Positions 24,125 through 39,326 of a DNA stretch of 64,000 nucleotides are shown here, one piece after another. The translations under genes and the position numbers were made by a program. The notes beneath the pieces were generated by a model, which was given only the letters and a program-made list of their open reading frames with translations, ran no database searches and had not been told where the DNA came from. The stretch comes from a virus: the IMG/VR virus record IMGVR_UViG_3300032116_000013, positions 133,425 through 197,424 of that record; one strand, given 5' to 3'. Each line of letters starts with the position of its first letter. Within the stretch, counting starts at the first letter, position 1.

Positions 24125-24997
24125 ATGCCAACAAGTGTATATTTTAATAATCAGAGTGCTAGTCGAGAACAATTGCTTCTTGAGGACATGATTATTGAAA
24201 CAATCAAGAATCATGGGATAGATATTTACTATCTCCCTAGAGAGTCTCGCTCTGAACTGGATGAATTGTTTGGTGATGATCCAGTAAAATCATACAGCAA
24301 GGCTTTTCCTATAGAGATGTACCTTGAGTCTTCAAATGATTTCGAAGGCAATCAAGAATTCTTCAGTAAATTTGGTCTAGAAATACAAAAAGCAGCGCGA
24401 GTAACGATCGCGAAAAGAACATTTCATAAACATATACCGCTGTCTTTAAGAAATCATCCTAAAGAAGGCGATCTAGTTTATCTACCAGTTCAGCAAAAAA
24501 TTCTAGAAATTAAATTTGTTGAAGAAGAAAAAAACTTCTTTCAATTAGGCAGATCAGATCCATATATGTATGGATTATCACTAGAAGTGTTTAAATACAA
24601 TGGCGAACTATTCTCAACTGGAATCGTCACTATTGATAGCATATCAAACGACAGAGGGTTCGGTGTGGAGTATTTGCTACAACAAACAGGTTCTGGAACA
24701 TACTCTAAGAATGAGATTGTTTACCAAGGAACTGACCTCGCCAATGCAAATGCTAGGGCTATCGTTTCCAACTGGAATAAGCCATCTGGGAAAATTATTC
24801 TTCGCAATATCAAAGGCGAATTTAAGAGCAATACTCTTGTTAAAGGAGTTACAAGCAATTCTCAATGGGTTCTTGTCAGTGGAAACGCTCAGGAAGATGC
24901 TAATGATCTATACGATGATAACATTAGAATTGAAGATGAATCAGATACAATTATAGACTGGAGTGAACTAAATCCATTCGGAATGCCTAACGAATAA
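24125..24997 (+). CDS. gp14: Neck protein (head closure)
   Basis: EDMIIETIKNHGIDIYYLPR, FGDDPVKSY, FFSKFGLEI, PKEGDLVYLP, FFQLG, NPFG. Confidence 0.93.
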   Translation: MPTSVYFNNQSASREQLLLEDMIIETIKNHGIDIYYLPRESRSELDELFGDDPVKSYSKAFPIEMYLESSNDFEGNQEFFSKFGLEIQKAARVTIAKRTFHKHIPLSLRNHPKEGDLVYLPVQQKILEIKFVEEEKNFFQLGRSDPYMYGLSLEVFKYNGELFSTGIVTIDSISNDRGFGVEYLLQQTGSGTYSKNEIVYQGTDLANANARAIVSNWNKPSGKIILRNIKGEFKSNTLVKGVTSNSQWVLVSGNAQEDANDLYDDNIRIEDESDTIIDWSELNPFGMPNE

Positions 24998-26079
24998 TGC
25001 TAAACAAACAACACTTTTATCATAGAATTACTAGAAAATTAGTTGTCGGTTTCGGCACGATGTTCAACAACATTCGTCTTGTTCGTTACAACAAGGCTGG
25101 AAATATTGAGATTGAAAGAGTTACTGTTCCTCTATCATATTCTGGAAAAGAGAAGTTTTACTCTCGTATCACTCAAGATCCAAATCTAGCCCAGCAAGTT
25201 CAGATCACTCTACCGAGAATGTCTTTTGAATTAACTTCTATCACATATGATCCTTTGCGTAAGGTTTCTTCATATCAGAGTCAATTCAGCCCAGACACCA
25301 AAAATAGTATGAAGAGCGCATACCAAGCGCCATACAACTTTACATTTAATTTGTACATCTACGTTCGCAACGTTGAAGATGGCACTCAAATCGTTGAGCA
25401 AATACTACCATATTTCAATCCAGATTACACGCTAACGATGAATCTCGCCAATGTAGGAAATCCAGTTGACGTCCCTATTATTCTAGAAACAGTTGCATCA
25501 GATTTAACCAATGATACTGGTTCTGGTGATACTGAGAGAATGATAGTTTGGACTTTAACATTTACTGCCAAAGCCTATTTGTATGGTCCTATTAATTCTG
25601 GCAGCGGCGCCAAGTTAATCAGAAAAGCAGTGGGAAATACTTTTATAGAGCAATCTTCAGTTGAGCCTGATAGAAGATTAGTCATGTATTCTGGTGGCTG
25701 GGGAACATATAAATCTGGAGAATTAATTTTCCAGGGAAGAAAATTAGAAGAAGCCACTGCCACTGCATTCGTTAAATACTGGAATACTAGTACGAACAAT
25801 ATGATTATTAACGATGTGTCAGGAGTTTTTTTGTCGAACAACAAGGTAAGAGGAGTGGTAACTGGTTCTACATGGACCATCGATACTGCTGAAACAATAG
25901 AAAGACAGGTATTTAATCTTGAGGTTTATCCTAAACCTTATAATGCGAATGCCAACGATGATTATAGATACATTGAGGCTCTACAAGAATTTGACTTCTT
26001 CGGCGATGACACTGCCGACGCAACTGTCATATTTACTGATAATGATAATACTACCTCTGACGACGACGATAACGGATAA
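24997..26079 (+). CDS. gp15: Tail sheath stabiliser/terminator
   Basis: FYHRITRKLVVGFGTMFNNI, VPLSY..KEKF, LPRMSFELTSITYDPLRK, EQILPYFNPDY, WTLTFTAKAYLYGP. Confidence 0.93.
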   Translation: MLNKQHFYHRITRKLVVGFGTMFNNIRLVRYNKAGNIEIERVTVPLSYSGKEKFYSRITQDPNLAQQVQITLPRMSFELTSITYDPLRKVSSYQSQFSPDTKNSMKSAYQAPYNFTFNLYIYVRNVEDGTQIVEQILPYFNPDYTLTMNLANVGNPVDVPIILETVASDLTNDTGSGDTERMIVWTLTFTAKAYLYGPINSGSGAKLIRKAVGNTFIEQSSVEPDRRLVMYSGGWGTYKSGELIFQGRKLEEATATAFVKYWNTSTNNMIINDVSGVFLSNNKVRGVVTGSTWTIDTAETIERQVFNLEVYPKPYNANANDDYRYIEALQEFDFFGDDTADATVIFTDNDNTTSDDDDNG

Positions 26080-26085
26080 AGGTAA

Positions 26086-31614
<5,529 letters not shown>

Positions 31615-31626
31615 TAGGAGAATAAA

Positions 31627-31956
31627 ATGCCAGAGACATTTAGAATGTATAATCAAACTTTGACAACAGCATTGGCAAACGTATATTTGTCGCCAGCAAA
31701 CACAACGTCAATTGTCATTTTAGGGCAAGTGGCGAATATTGATGGTGCAAATAGTGCAGACGTTTCAATTTCTTCAACAGACAGCGGAAACACTAGCACA
31801 AAATGGCTAGTTCGCACTGTTCCAGTTCCTGCTGACGCAGCAACAACATTTTTAACTGGTAAACTTGTATTAGAAGCAGGCGATTATATTACAGCGAATG
31901 CCAGCGTCAATAATCATATTGATATTACTGTGAGCGTTTTACAGATAACACCATAA
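31627..31956 (+). CDS. Small beta-rich virion adaptor-like protein; paralogue of 12332..12670
   Basis: AGGAG RBS; ETFRM..VYLSPANTTSIVI..VPVPADA..LTGKLVLEAGD. Confidence 0.75.
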   Translation: MPETFRMYNQTLTTALANVYLSPANTTSIVILGQVANIDGANSADVSISSTDSGNTSTKWLVRTVPVPADAATTFLTGKLVLEAGDYITANASVNNHIDITVSVLQITP

Positions 31957-31957
31957 T

Positions 31958-34087
31958 ATGAGTTTCGAAGATTATTTTATCGGAAAAAGAAATTTATATG
32001 GTCCATTACCTGCTGATCAAGTTGGTACATGGGATCTAGAGGACATTACAACCTTTAGACATTATAATTTTATACAGTCTGATGACGCCGATCCATATTT
32101 TGGCTATAATGTATTGTTGCTCAATGGAGATGGAACGAACAATGGTCAAAATAATACTCTATTAGACAGTTCAACCAATAACAGAACTTTGACCAGAAGC
32201 GGTGAATTAAATCAAGGTTCATTTAGTCCATATAATGAAATAGGTCAGGGGAATTTTAGCACATATTTTGATGGCACAGGTGATTACTTATCAGTTGCAG
32301 ATAATTCTGCTCTTGATATGGAAGGATCAAACTTTACCATTGAAGGGTTTTATTTTCCAATAGGAAATGCTTCTAGTTCTGCTGTTATTTTTTCTAAAAG
32401 AGCAAATAGTTCTACTGTCGGTGGCGTTTTATTTGATTTTTCTAGTGCTGGACTAACACCAAGAGTTCAGGTTGATATTGGTGGTTCTTGGGCTCTAACT
32501 TTATCTTCAACCATCGCATTTACTAATTGTTTCTGGAATCATTTCGCTATAGTTCGTAATGGTAATACATTTACACTATACATCAACGGCGTATCTGCTG
32601 CTTCAGGATCTAACACTGGATCAATACCAAACAATGCTGCAGCATTTGCTGTCGGCGCAAACGGCGATGGAACTAATGCTATAAGTGCTTGTTATATCTC
32701 AAATTTTAGAGTCATCAAAGGCACCGCTGTTTATACGTCAGCATTTACACCGCCATCTTCTCCGTTGACTGCTATTACAAATACAAGTTTATTGACCTGT
32801 AAAGCGAACAGAGCATTAGATTTAAGCACCAATGCATTTACAGTCACTGTAAATGGAAATCCAAAAGTAAGACCATTCGTACCATTTAATCCTACTGCTC
32901 CATATAATGGTTCAACTATGACAGGAAGTGGATATTTTGATGGTACTGGAGATTTTTTCACTTTTACAACTTTTTCTACAACTGGCGCTTTTACTCTTGA
33001 ATGCTGGTTTTATAGAGATGACACCAACGTCACTACATACCATACAGTATTTGGTGGTCCTAATGTGAATGCTGGTGGTTTAGATAATTGTCAATTTTAT
33101 GTGAATAATTCTGGCGCTGTTGCTTTTCTCTTAAATGCGGCAACAGGCGTCGGAAATACTATTAATCCAACTGGAACTGCAGTCATAAAAAATCAATGGA
33201 ATCATCTCGTTAGCGTAAGAGATAGTTCAGGAAACGTTGCATTATTTGTTAATGGTTCTAGAATAGCAACATCATCAACATTTACTGAATTGAGAATAAG
33301 TCATGTTGGTAGTGGCGGTTTTTGTCCTGCTGGTTATGAGACTAGAGGCTATATTTCTGATGTTAGAATTTCTAATGTCGCAATATATGACCCAACACAA
33401 ACCACTTGTACTGTGCCAACATCGCGTTTAACTGCGAGCGGAAGCACTCACATTCTAGCAAATTTTACAAATTCTAGTGTGGTTGACTACACAGGAAAAA
33501 ACACTATACTGACTGGTGATAATGCAAGAGTAAATACTGCTGTATTTAAATATGGCACCTCTAGTGTGTTTTTTGATGGAACAAACGATTATCTAAGAAT
33601 GGTACATAATAACGATTTTGAATTTGGAAATGGAGATTTTACTATAGAACTATGGTTGCTATTAAAGTCTTTTGCTGATGGTAAAGCCATTGTTTCTAAA
33701 GGTTGGCCAACTGCTCTTGGTCCATTTTTAATTTATACTGACGTCACTAACAATAGAATCGCATTTTATTCTTCTTCTAACGGATCTTCTTGGGATATTG
33801 CCAACCAAGTAGTAATTAAAAATTCGCCAACAACTGACACATGGAATCACATTGCAATAACCAGATCTGGAAATACTTTTAGAACTTTTTTTAATGGGGC
33901 ACAAGTCAGTTCATTTTCAAATTCTTCTAGTTTAGTTAGCGCCTCAGCCTATCCATTAACTATTGGTGGCGGAGATACTGGTGTAAATAATTTTTATGGT
34001 CATGTTGATGATTTAAGAATTACTAAAGGATATGCTAGATACACTAGCACATTTACACCACCTACTAGAGCATTACCTTTGAGATAA
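31958..34087 (+). CDS. Concanavalin-A/LamG-domain virion protein
   Basis: Three YFDGTGD...FTIE.W...WNH.A.VR.G...LY.NG...GYISNFRV.KG.A.YT LamG repeats. Confidence 0.85.
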   Translation: MSFEDYFIGKRNLYGPLPADQVGTWDLEDITTFRHYNFIQSDDADPYFGYNVLLLNGDGTNNGQNNTLLDSSTNNRTLTRSGELNQGSFSPYNEIGQGNFSTYFDGTGDYLSVADNSALDMEGSNFTIEGFYFPIGNASSSAVIFSKRANSSTVGGVLFDFSSAGLTPRVQVDIGGSWALTLSSTIAFTNCFWNHFAIVRNGNTFTLYINGVSAASGSNTGSIPNNAAAFAVGANGDGTNAISACYISNFRVIKGTAVYTSAFTPPSSPLTAITNTSLLTCKANRALDLSTNAFTVTVNGNPKVRPFVPFNPTAPYNGSTMTGSGYFDGTGDFFTFTTFSTTGAFTLECWFYRDDTNVTTYHTVFGGPNVNAGGLDNCQFYVNNSGAVAFLLNAATGVGNTINPTGTAVIKNQWNHLVSVRDSSGNVALFVNGSRIATSSTFTELRISHVGSGGFCPAGYETRGYISDVRISNVAIYDPTQTTCTVPTSRLTASGSTHILANFTNSSVVDYTGKNTILTGDNARVNTAVFKYGTSSVFFDGTNDYLRMVHNNDFEFGNGDFTIELWLLLKSFADGKAIVSKGWPTALGPFLIYTDVTNNRIAFYSSSNGSSWDIANQVVIKNSPTTDTWNHIAITRSGNTFRTFFNGAQVSSFSNSSSLVSASAYPLTIGGGDTGVNNFYGHVDDLRITKGYARYTSTFTPPTRALPLR

Positions 34088-34091
34088 TAAA

Positions 34092-36116
34092 ATGGCACAG
34101 CCGCAAATATTCATTGGAAAAAGAAATTTAAAAGGTCCAGAACCTGCAAACACTGCAGGCGTTTGGAAAATGTATGACATGAATCAAATGAGGCATTATG
34201 ATTACATTATAGGCACAGATGCTCAAGATCCATATTTTAATAATACAACACTATTAATTAAGTCTACCGCATTAAACGGTGGAAGAAATAATACAATTTT
34301 AGATAGTTCTTTAAATACTATAACTTTAACTAGAAATGGCGATATTAATCATGGTTCGTTTTCGCCTTATGCAAATAATTGGAGCGTTCATTTTGACGGT
34401 ACTGGCGACTATTTAACTGTTGCTAGCAGCGCTCAATTTGCTTATGGCACTGGAGATTTTACTTGGGAGTGTTGGATATTTCCAACTTCTGCTACTTGGA
34501 CTTCAAGCAATATCTACATACTAGATCATGGAAGCAACGGTGGAACATTAAGTTATAATGGAAATAAATTAACGTATTATAATGCAACTACAGGCACAGG
34601 CTCAGTATTGTACACAACTGGATTTGGTGCAGTAACAGCATTTCAATGGACTCACATTGCTGCAGTTAGATCTTCAGGCACCACATATTTGTATAAAAAT
34701 GGTGTTTTATCTGCTAGTGCAACAGACGGACATAACTATGGTAATCAGGCTGTGACCATAGGTGAATATGGCACTCTAGGAAATGCGTTTACTGGTTATA
34801 TTAGCAATTTGCGTTTAGTCAAAGGAACAGCAGTTTACACATCAGCGTTTACGCCACCAACATCTTTTTTAACTGCAATTACTAATACTTCGTTATTAAC
34901 TTGCAGACAAAATAGATTTATGGATTCTAGCACCAATGCATTTACCATTACTGTAAATGGTGATTCTAGAATAGATTCATTTTCTCCATTTACAAGTAAA
35001 AATTTCTATAATGCATATGATTTCGGTGGAAGTATATTTTTTGACGGAAACGTAGATTATTTTCAAACATCACCTGGTTTTGGTGTAGGAATAAACACAG
35101 ATTTTACATTTGAAGGTTGGTTATATAGAACTGTAGATGCTGCGAATTATATTATGGGTGTTAATGGTTCTGCTGATTATATCGCGGATGGTGATGCATA
35201 TATTGGTGTTACTTCATATGGTTATGGTGGAAATCGTTTATCAGTAAAAAATGCTTGGTCTCATTTTGCTTTAGTTCGTTCTGGCAGTACAGTTACTATT
35301 TACAGGAATGGTGTTTTACTTCAAACAGCAGGAAGTTCAACTGGCGCATGGAGTTTTAACAGAATTGGCGCATGGAATTCATTGTCATCAACTTGGCAGG
35401 GATACATGTCAGACATAAGGGTAAGTAATATCGCATTATACACATCAGCATTTACTCCACCGACATCAAGATTAACAGCCAATTCTAATACTATTCTACT
35501 GCTTTCTTCAACAAACTATAATATTTTTGATGCAACTCAAAGAAATAATATTTCTACAAATGGAGATGTTCAAAACAGTACAACTATAAGAAAAAATGAA
35601 ACTTGCAGTGTTTCATTTGATGGCACTGGCGACACTTTGCTTCTACAAGATAATCCTATGCTCAGACCAGATAGCGGTAATTTTACATTAGAGTTTTGGG
35701 TAAGATTTAATAACATCTCAGGCTATCAAACTATAATTCATAAAGGTTATACTGGCGCCAATGCATATGCAATACAAACTGGAAACGGAAACGGTAGATT
35801 AATTTTTTATATTGGAGGCGCTGCAATTTTAACTGAAACTGGAACTGGTTCTGCTGGCACATGGATTCATTATGCTATTGTTAGAGATGGAAACAACTAT
35901 ACAATGTATCGTGATGGCGTTTCATCTGTTACAGCAACAAACTCTACAAATTTAAGCAATAACTCAACGATGGTTATCGGCGATCGAGGAGTTGGTTCAG
36001 AATATGGAACACCAGCATATCCTCTTAACGGATATATCGAAAATCTTCGTTTCACAAAAGGTATTGCTCGCTATACTGCAAACTTCACACCTCTAACAAT
36101 TTATTATACGAGGTAA
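34092..36116 (+). CDS. Concanavalin-A/LamG-domain virion protein, paralogue of the upstream gene
   Basis: Same three-LamG architecture and a homologous N-terminus (FIGKRNL.GP.PA...G.W). Confidence 0.85.
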   Translation: MAQPQIFIGKRNLKGPEPANTAGVWKMYDMNQMRHYDYIIGTDAQDPYFNNTTLLIKSTALNGGRNNTILDSSLNTITLTRNGDINHGSFSPYANNWSVHFDGTGDYLTVASSAQFAYGTGDFTWECWIFPTSATWTSSNIYILDHGSNGGTLSYNGNKLTYYNATTGTGSVLYTTGFGAVTAFQWTHIAAVRSSGTTYLYKNGVLSASATDGHNYGNQAVTIGEYGTLGNAFTGYISNLRLVKGTAVYTSAFTPPTSFLTAITNTSLLTCRQNRFMDSSTNAFTITVNGDSRIDSFSPFTSKNFYNAYDFGGSIFFDGNVDYFQTSPGFGVGINTDFTFEGWLYRTVDAANYIMGVNGSADYIADGDAYIGVTSYGYGGNRLSVKNAWSHFALVRSGSTVTIYRNGVLLQTAGSSTGAWSFNRIGAWNSLSSTWQGYMSDIRVSNIALYTSAFTPPTSRLTANSNTILLLSSTNYNIFDATQRNNISTNGDVQNSTTIRKNETCSVSFDGTGDTLLLQDNPMLRPDSGNFTLEFWVRFNNISGYQTIIHKGYTGANAYAIQTGNGNGRLIFYIGGAAILTETGTGSAGTWIHYAIVRDGNNYTMYRDGVSSVTATNSTNLSNNSTMVIGDRGVGSEYGTPAYPLNGYIENLRFTKGIARYTANFTPLTIYYTR

Positions 36117-36119
36117 CAG

Positions 36120-36386
36120 ATGAAATACACCAAAAATGGTTCTTATCCTGTGCCACATATGGATAATACTCCAGGGTGGGCTTTAGTGCCAGATCCTCCA
36201 TCAGAAATTCCTGAGGGTAAAGAATTAACGTGGGAAAATTGGGAATGGATCATTCGAGATCCAAGACCAATAAATAATCCTGGATTTGTTTGGAAGTGGA
36301 ATCATGAAAACAAAGCATGGATAGAATATCCAATAGTTGGATATGTTCCGCCAGAACCACCACCAGAACCACCACTTGAGCCTTGA
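36120..36386 (+). CDS. Trp/Pro-rich hypothetical protein (possible fibre chaperone)
   Basis: 88-aa ORF following the LamG genes; WENWEW and WKWNHENKAW motifs. Confidence 0.6.
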   Translation: MKYTKNGSYPVPHMDNTPGWALVPDPPSEIPEGKELTWENWEWIIRDPRPINNPGFVWKWNHENKAWIEYPIVGYVPPEPPPEPPLEP

Positions 36387-36395
36387 TAATATTTT

Positions 36396-36806
36396 ATGAG
36401 TAAAGTAAGCGAAAACCTTAGTGATATTTTGAACACTGACTATCTTCCAGTTGAACACAAGCAAGAAGATAGACCAATTACAGTACATCAGACTGATTCA
36501 GTTCAACCTGATGTCGATTATTCAAGATCAAACTATTACAATCTAATCGAAAAAGGCAACGAAGCCCTTGAAGGAATTCTTGAGGTTGCAAAAGAGTCCC
36601 AACATCCAAGAGCATATGAAGTTGCCGCGAATATGATCAAGAATCTTTCTGACGTTACAGAAAAATTGATGATTTTGCAAAAGCAACAACAGGATCTGAA
36701 ACCAAAAGAAGCAGCAGCACCAACTAATATTAACGTAGACAAGGCTGTGTTCGTTGGCTCTACGGCTGAACTATTGAAGAAACTAAAGAATGAATCTGTC
36801 GACTAA
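36396..36806 (+). CDS. gp16: Terminase small subunit
   Basis: DYSRSNYYNLIEKGNEALEGILEVAKESQHPRAYEV...VFVGSTAELLKKLK. Confidence 0.92.
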   Translation: MSKVSENLSDILNTDYLPVEHKQEDRPITVHQTDSVQPDVDYSRSNYYNLIEKGNEALEGILEVAKESQHPRAYEVAANMIKNLSDVTEKLMILQKQQQDLKPKEAAAPTNINVDKAVFVGSTAELLKKLKNESVD

Positions 36807-36839
36807 AATAATTTACAGAAACAAAAAGAGAATAATCAC

Positions 36840-37625
36840 ATGAAATCATTTAAAGAATTTTTGTTCGAAGAACCAAAGAAGTCGGAAAAAGAGGTCCAGT
36901 TTTTCGCTCACTTCAAGAGCGCGCATGACCCAAATCACAACATCGAGCAAACCGAAAAAGGAAAAAATAAACCGACTGAGTTCTTTGCTCATTTTAAGAG
37001 TCAGCATGACAAAAAGCACAACATTGATGAAGGTGTCAGTGATTCTTACAAAAATGATATGAAAGTATTTAATTCAAATCTAAAGGCAGTAAGCCATCAC
37101 GAAATGATCCCTCTGAGTGATGAAGAACAAGATTCATTAGACCACTACACTGATAAAGGGTCAGGCTCTTTAAATAAAGGATTAGTGAAAGGCTCTTCAT
37201 CAGCAAGTCACAAAAAACACATAAAACAGTTAGACAAAATTACTAATCACCCTAAAAACAAACTCAAATCTAGTGTCGTCGCATACTCGGGCATTAGTGC
37301 CGCCTTCCACAAAAAATTATCGACAGTAAAACCAGGTAAAACAGTATCTTCTCCATCATACATATCAACAACATTAGACAGAGGTGTCGCCGAATCGTTT
37401 GCGCATGGAGCAGATAAAATAGGTGCGAAAAGACCTTTTATACAGTTTCATCTTCCAAAGGGATATTCTAAGGGGCGACATATTGAACACGTCACACAAA
37501 ACCCTGATGAAGAAGAGTTTCTCTTGGCTAGAGGGCAGAAATTTAGGTATCTAAAAAAGACTGAACACAAAAGTGAAAACTTTGATCAAACACACATAGT
37601 TCATCATCTAGAACCTATCGGTTAA
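36840..37625 (+). CDS. ADP-ribosyltransferase (VIP2/Alt/Mod-like fold), probably capsid-packaged
   Basis: YT..GS..LNKGL, VVAYSGI, PSYISTT...AESF, EEEFLLARG. N-terminal MKSFKEFLFE resembles the T4 capsid targeting sequence. Confidence 0.75.
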   Translation: MKSFKEFLFEEPKKSEKEVQFFAHFKSAHDPNHNIEQTEKGKNKPTEFFAHFKSQHDKKHNIDEGVSDSYKNDMKVFNSNLKAVSHHEMIPLSDEEQDSLDHYTDKGSGSLNKGLVKGSSSASHKKHIKQLDKITNHPKNKLKSSVVAYSGISAAFHKKLSTVKPGKTVSSPSYISTTLDRGVAESFAHGADKIGAKRPFIQFHLPKGYSKGRHIEHVTQNPDEEEFLLARGQKFRYLKKTEHKSENFDQTHIVHHLEPIG

Positions 37626-37626
37626 T

Positions 37627-39264
37627 ATGAATCTGCCGACTAAAATAAAACACTACTTGGCTAATCCCAAGTTAAAACGTGTTAACATGCCAATGCAACT
37701 TACGGAAGATCAGATCCGTGAGTTTATTCGTTGCTCCAAAGATCCAGTGTATTTTATCGAAAACTATGTCAAGATTATTACGCTAGATAAGGGTTTCGTA
37801 CAGATCAAACTCTATCCGTTTCAAAAGCAAGCGGTTACTGACATCAACGACAATCGCCGAGTAATTGTAAAGGCAGGTCGTCAGGTCGGTAAGACCACCA
37901 TGGTTGTAGGATATATCCTCTGGTACATTCTATTCAATGAAGATAAGTTTGTTGCGATTCTTGCTAACAAGGCACCAACAGCGCGTGAAATTTTGAATAG
38001 AATCAAAGTGGCATATGAATCATTGCCATTATGGTTACAGCAGGGCGTGCGCGTTTGGAACAAAGGTGATATTGAACTTGAGAATAACTGTCGTGTAATG
38101 GCAACGTCAACTGCCTCTAGCGCGATTCGTGGTTACTCTATTTCATTACTATATCTTGACGAGTTTGCATTCGTTCCAAGTAATATCGCCGACGAGTTCT
38201 TCACTTCCGTTTACCCTACCATTTCTTCTGGTACACAGTCTAAGATTCTCATCTCCTCAACACCAAATGGCATGAATCACTATTATCGTATGTGGACCGA
38301 GGCTGTCGAAGGGCAAAACGGATTTACGCACATCGAAGCCAACTGGCGTCAGGTTCCTGGTCGCGATCAGGCTTGGGCTGATGATCAAAGACGTATCCTT
38401 GGCGAAGAAAAGTTCCTACAAGAAATGGAATGCGAGTTTATGGGGTCGGCTGGAACGCTTCTATCAGCCGCTGCATTAAAATCTCTAGCCTTCGTGAAGC
38501 CAATGCATCTCTCAGAAAATGGGATCAAGATCTATCAGCAGCCGATCAAAGACCATAACTACATTGTGGTCGTAGATACTTCTCGTGGTAAAGGTCTGGA
38601 CTATTCAGCCTGTGTTGCAATTGATGTAACAGAAGTTCCATACAGAGTTGTTGCGACCTATAAGGACAATGAGATTAGTCCACTAGTTTACCCATCAATT
38701 ATAAAGCGCATAGGCGACTATTACAATCAAGCCTATGCTCTCGTAGAAATAAACGATAATGGACAACAGATTGTCGATAGTCTATTCGACGACTATGAGT
38801 ATGAGAATATCCTTTCGACTGTAGAAATCAAACAAAAAATGGCTCTGACGTGGGGTTACGGCAACAAATCTAGTCGTGGAATCAGAACAACCAAATCTGT
38901 TAAGAGATTAGGATGCTCGATTCTCAAAACTCTGATTGAAAATCAAAAACTAATCATTCAAGACTTCGATATCATTGCAGAATTATCAACTTTTGTAAGC
39001 AAAGGAACAAGTTTTGAGGCTGACGACGGAAACCACGACGATCTAGTCATGTGTTTGGTTCTATTTTCTTGGGCTACCAATCAACAGTTCTTTTCTGATC
39101 TAAGCAAGGTTGATATTCGACAGAAACTTTACAGCGAACAGATGAAAAGCATCGAGGAAGAGCAACTGCCAACTTTTTTGGCTGGGCATATTGAAGTCGA
39201 CAATCCAAATCAGCAGTTTATTTCTGATGGATCAGTTTGGAGTGTAGTCGAGAAAAATCAATAG
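37627..39264 (+). CDS. gp17: Terminase large subunit
   Basis: Walker A GRQVGKT, YLDEFAF Walker B, nuclease VDTSRG and HDDLVM. Confidence 0.97.
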   Translation: MNLPTKIKHYLANPKLKRVNMPMQLTEDQIREFIRCSKDPVYFIENYVKIITLDKGFVQIKLYPFQKQAVTDINDNRRVIVKAGRQVGKTTMVVGYILWYILFNEDKFVAILANKAPTAREILNRIKVAYESLPLWLQQGVRVWNKGDIELENNCRVMATSTASSAIRGYSISLLYLDEFAFVPSNIADEFFTSVYPTISSGTQSKILISSTPNGMNHYYRMWTEAVEGQNGFTHIEANWRQVPGRDQAWADDQRRILGEEKFLQEMECEFMGSAGTLLSAAALKSLAFVKPMHLSENGIKIYQQPIKDHNYIVVVDTSRGKGLDYSACVAIDVTEVPYRVVATYKDNEISPLVYPSIIKRIGDYYNQAYALVEINDNGQQIVDSLFDDYEYENILSTVEIKQKMALTWGYGNKSSRGIRTTKSVKRLGCSILKTLIENQKLIIQDFDIIAELSTFVSKGTSFEADDGNHDDLVMCLVLFSWATNQQFFSDLSKVDIRQKLYSEQMKSIEEEQLPTFLAGHIEVDNPNQQFISDGSVWSVVEKNQ

Positions 39265-39276
39265 AACCCCCAATTT

Positions 39277-39284
39277 ACTAAATA
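39277..39284 (+). promoter_or_regulatory. T4-type late promoter candidate (ACTAAATA)
   Basis: Intergenic, 43 nt before the gp18 start, which has an AGGAG RBS. Confidence 0.55.
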
Positions 39285-39326
39285 ATCAGTAGAATTTTCT
39301 ATTTCTCCAAATACAGGAGTAAAAAC

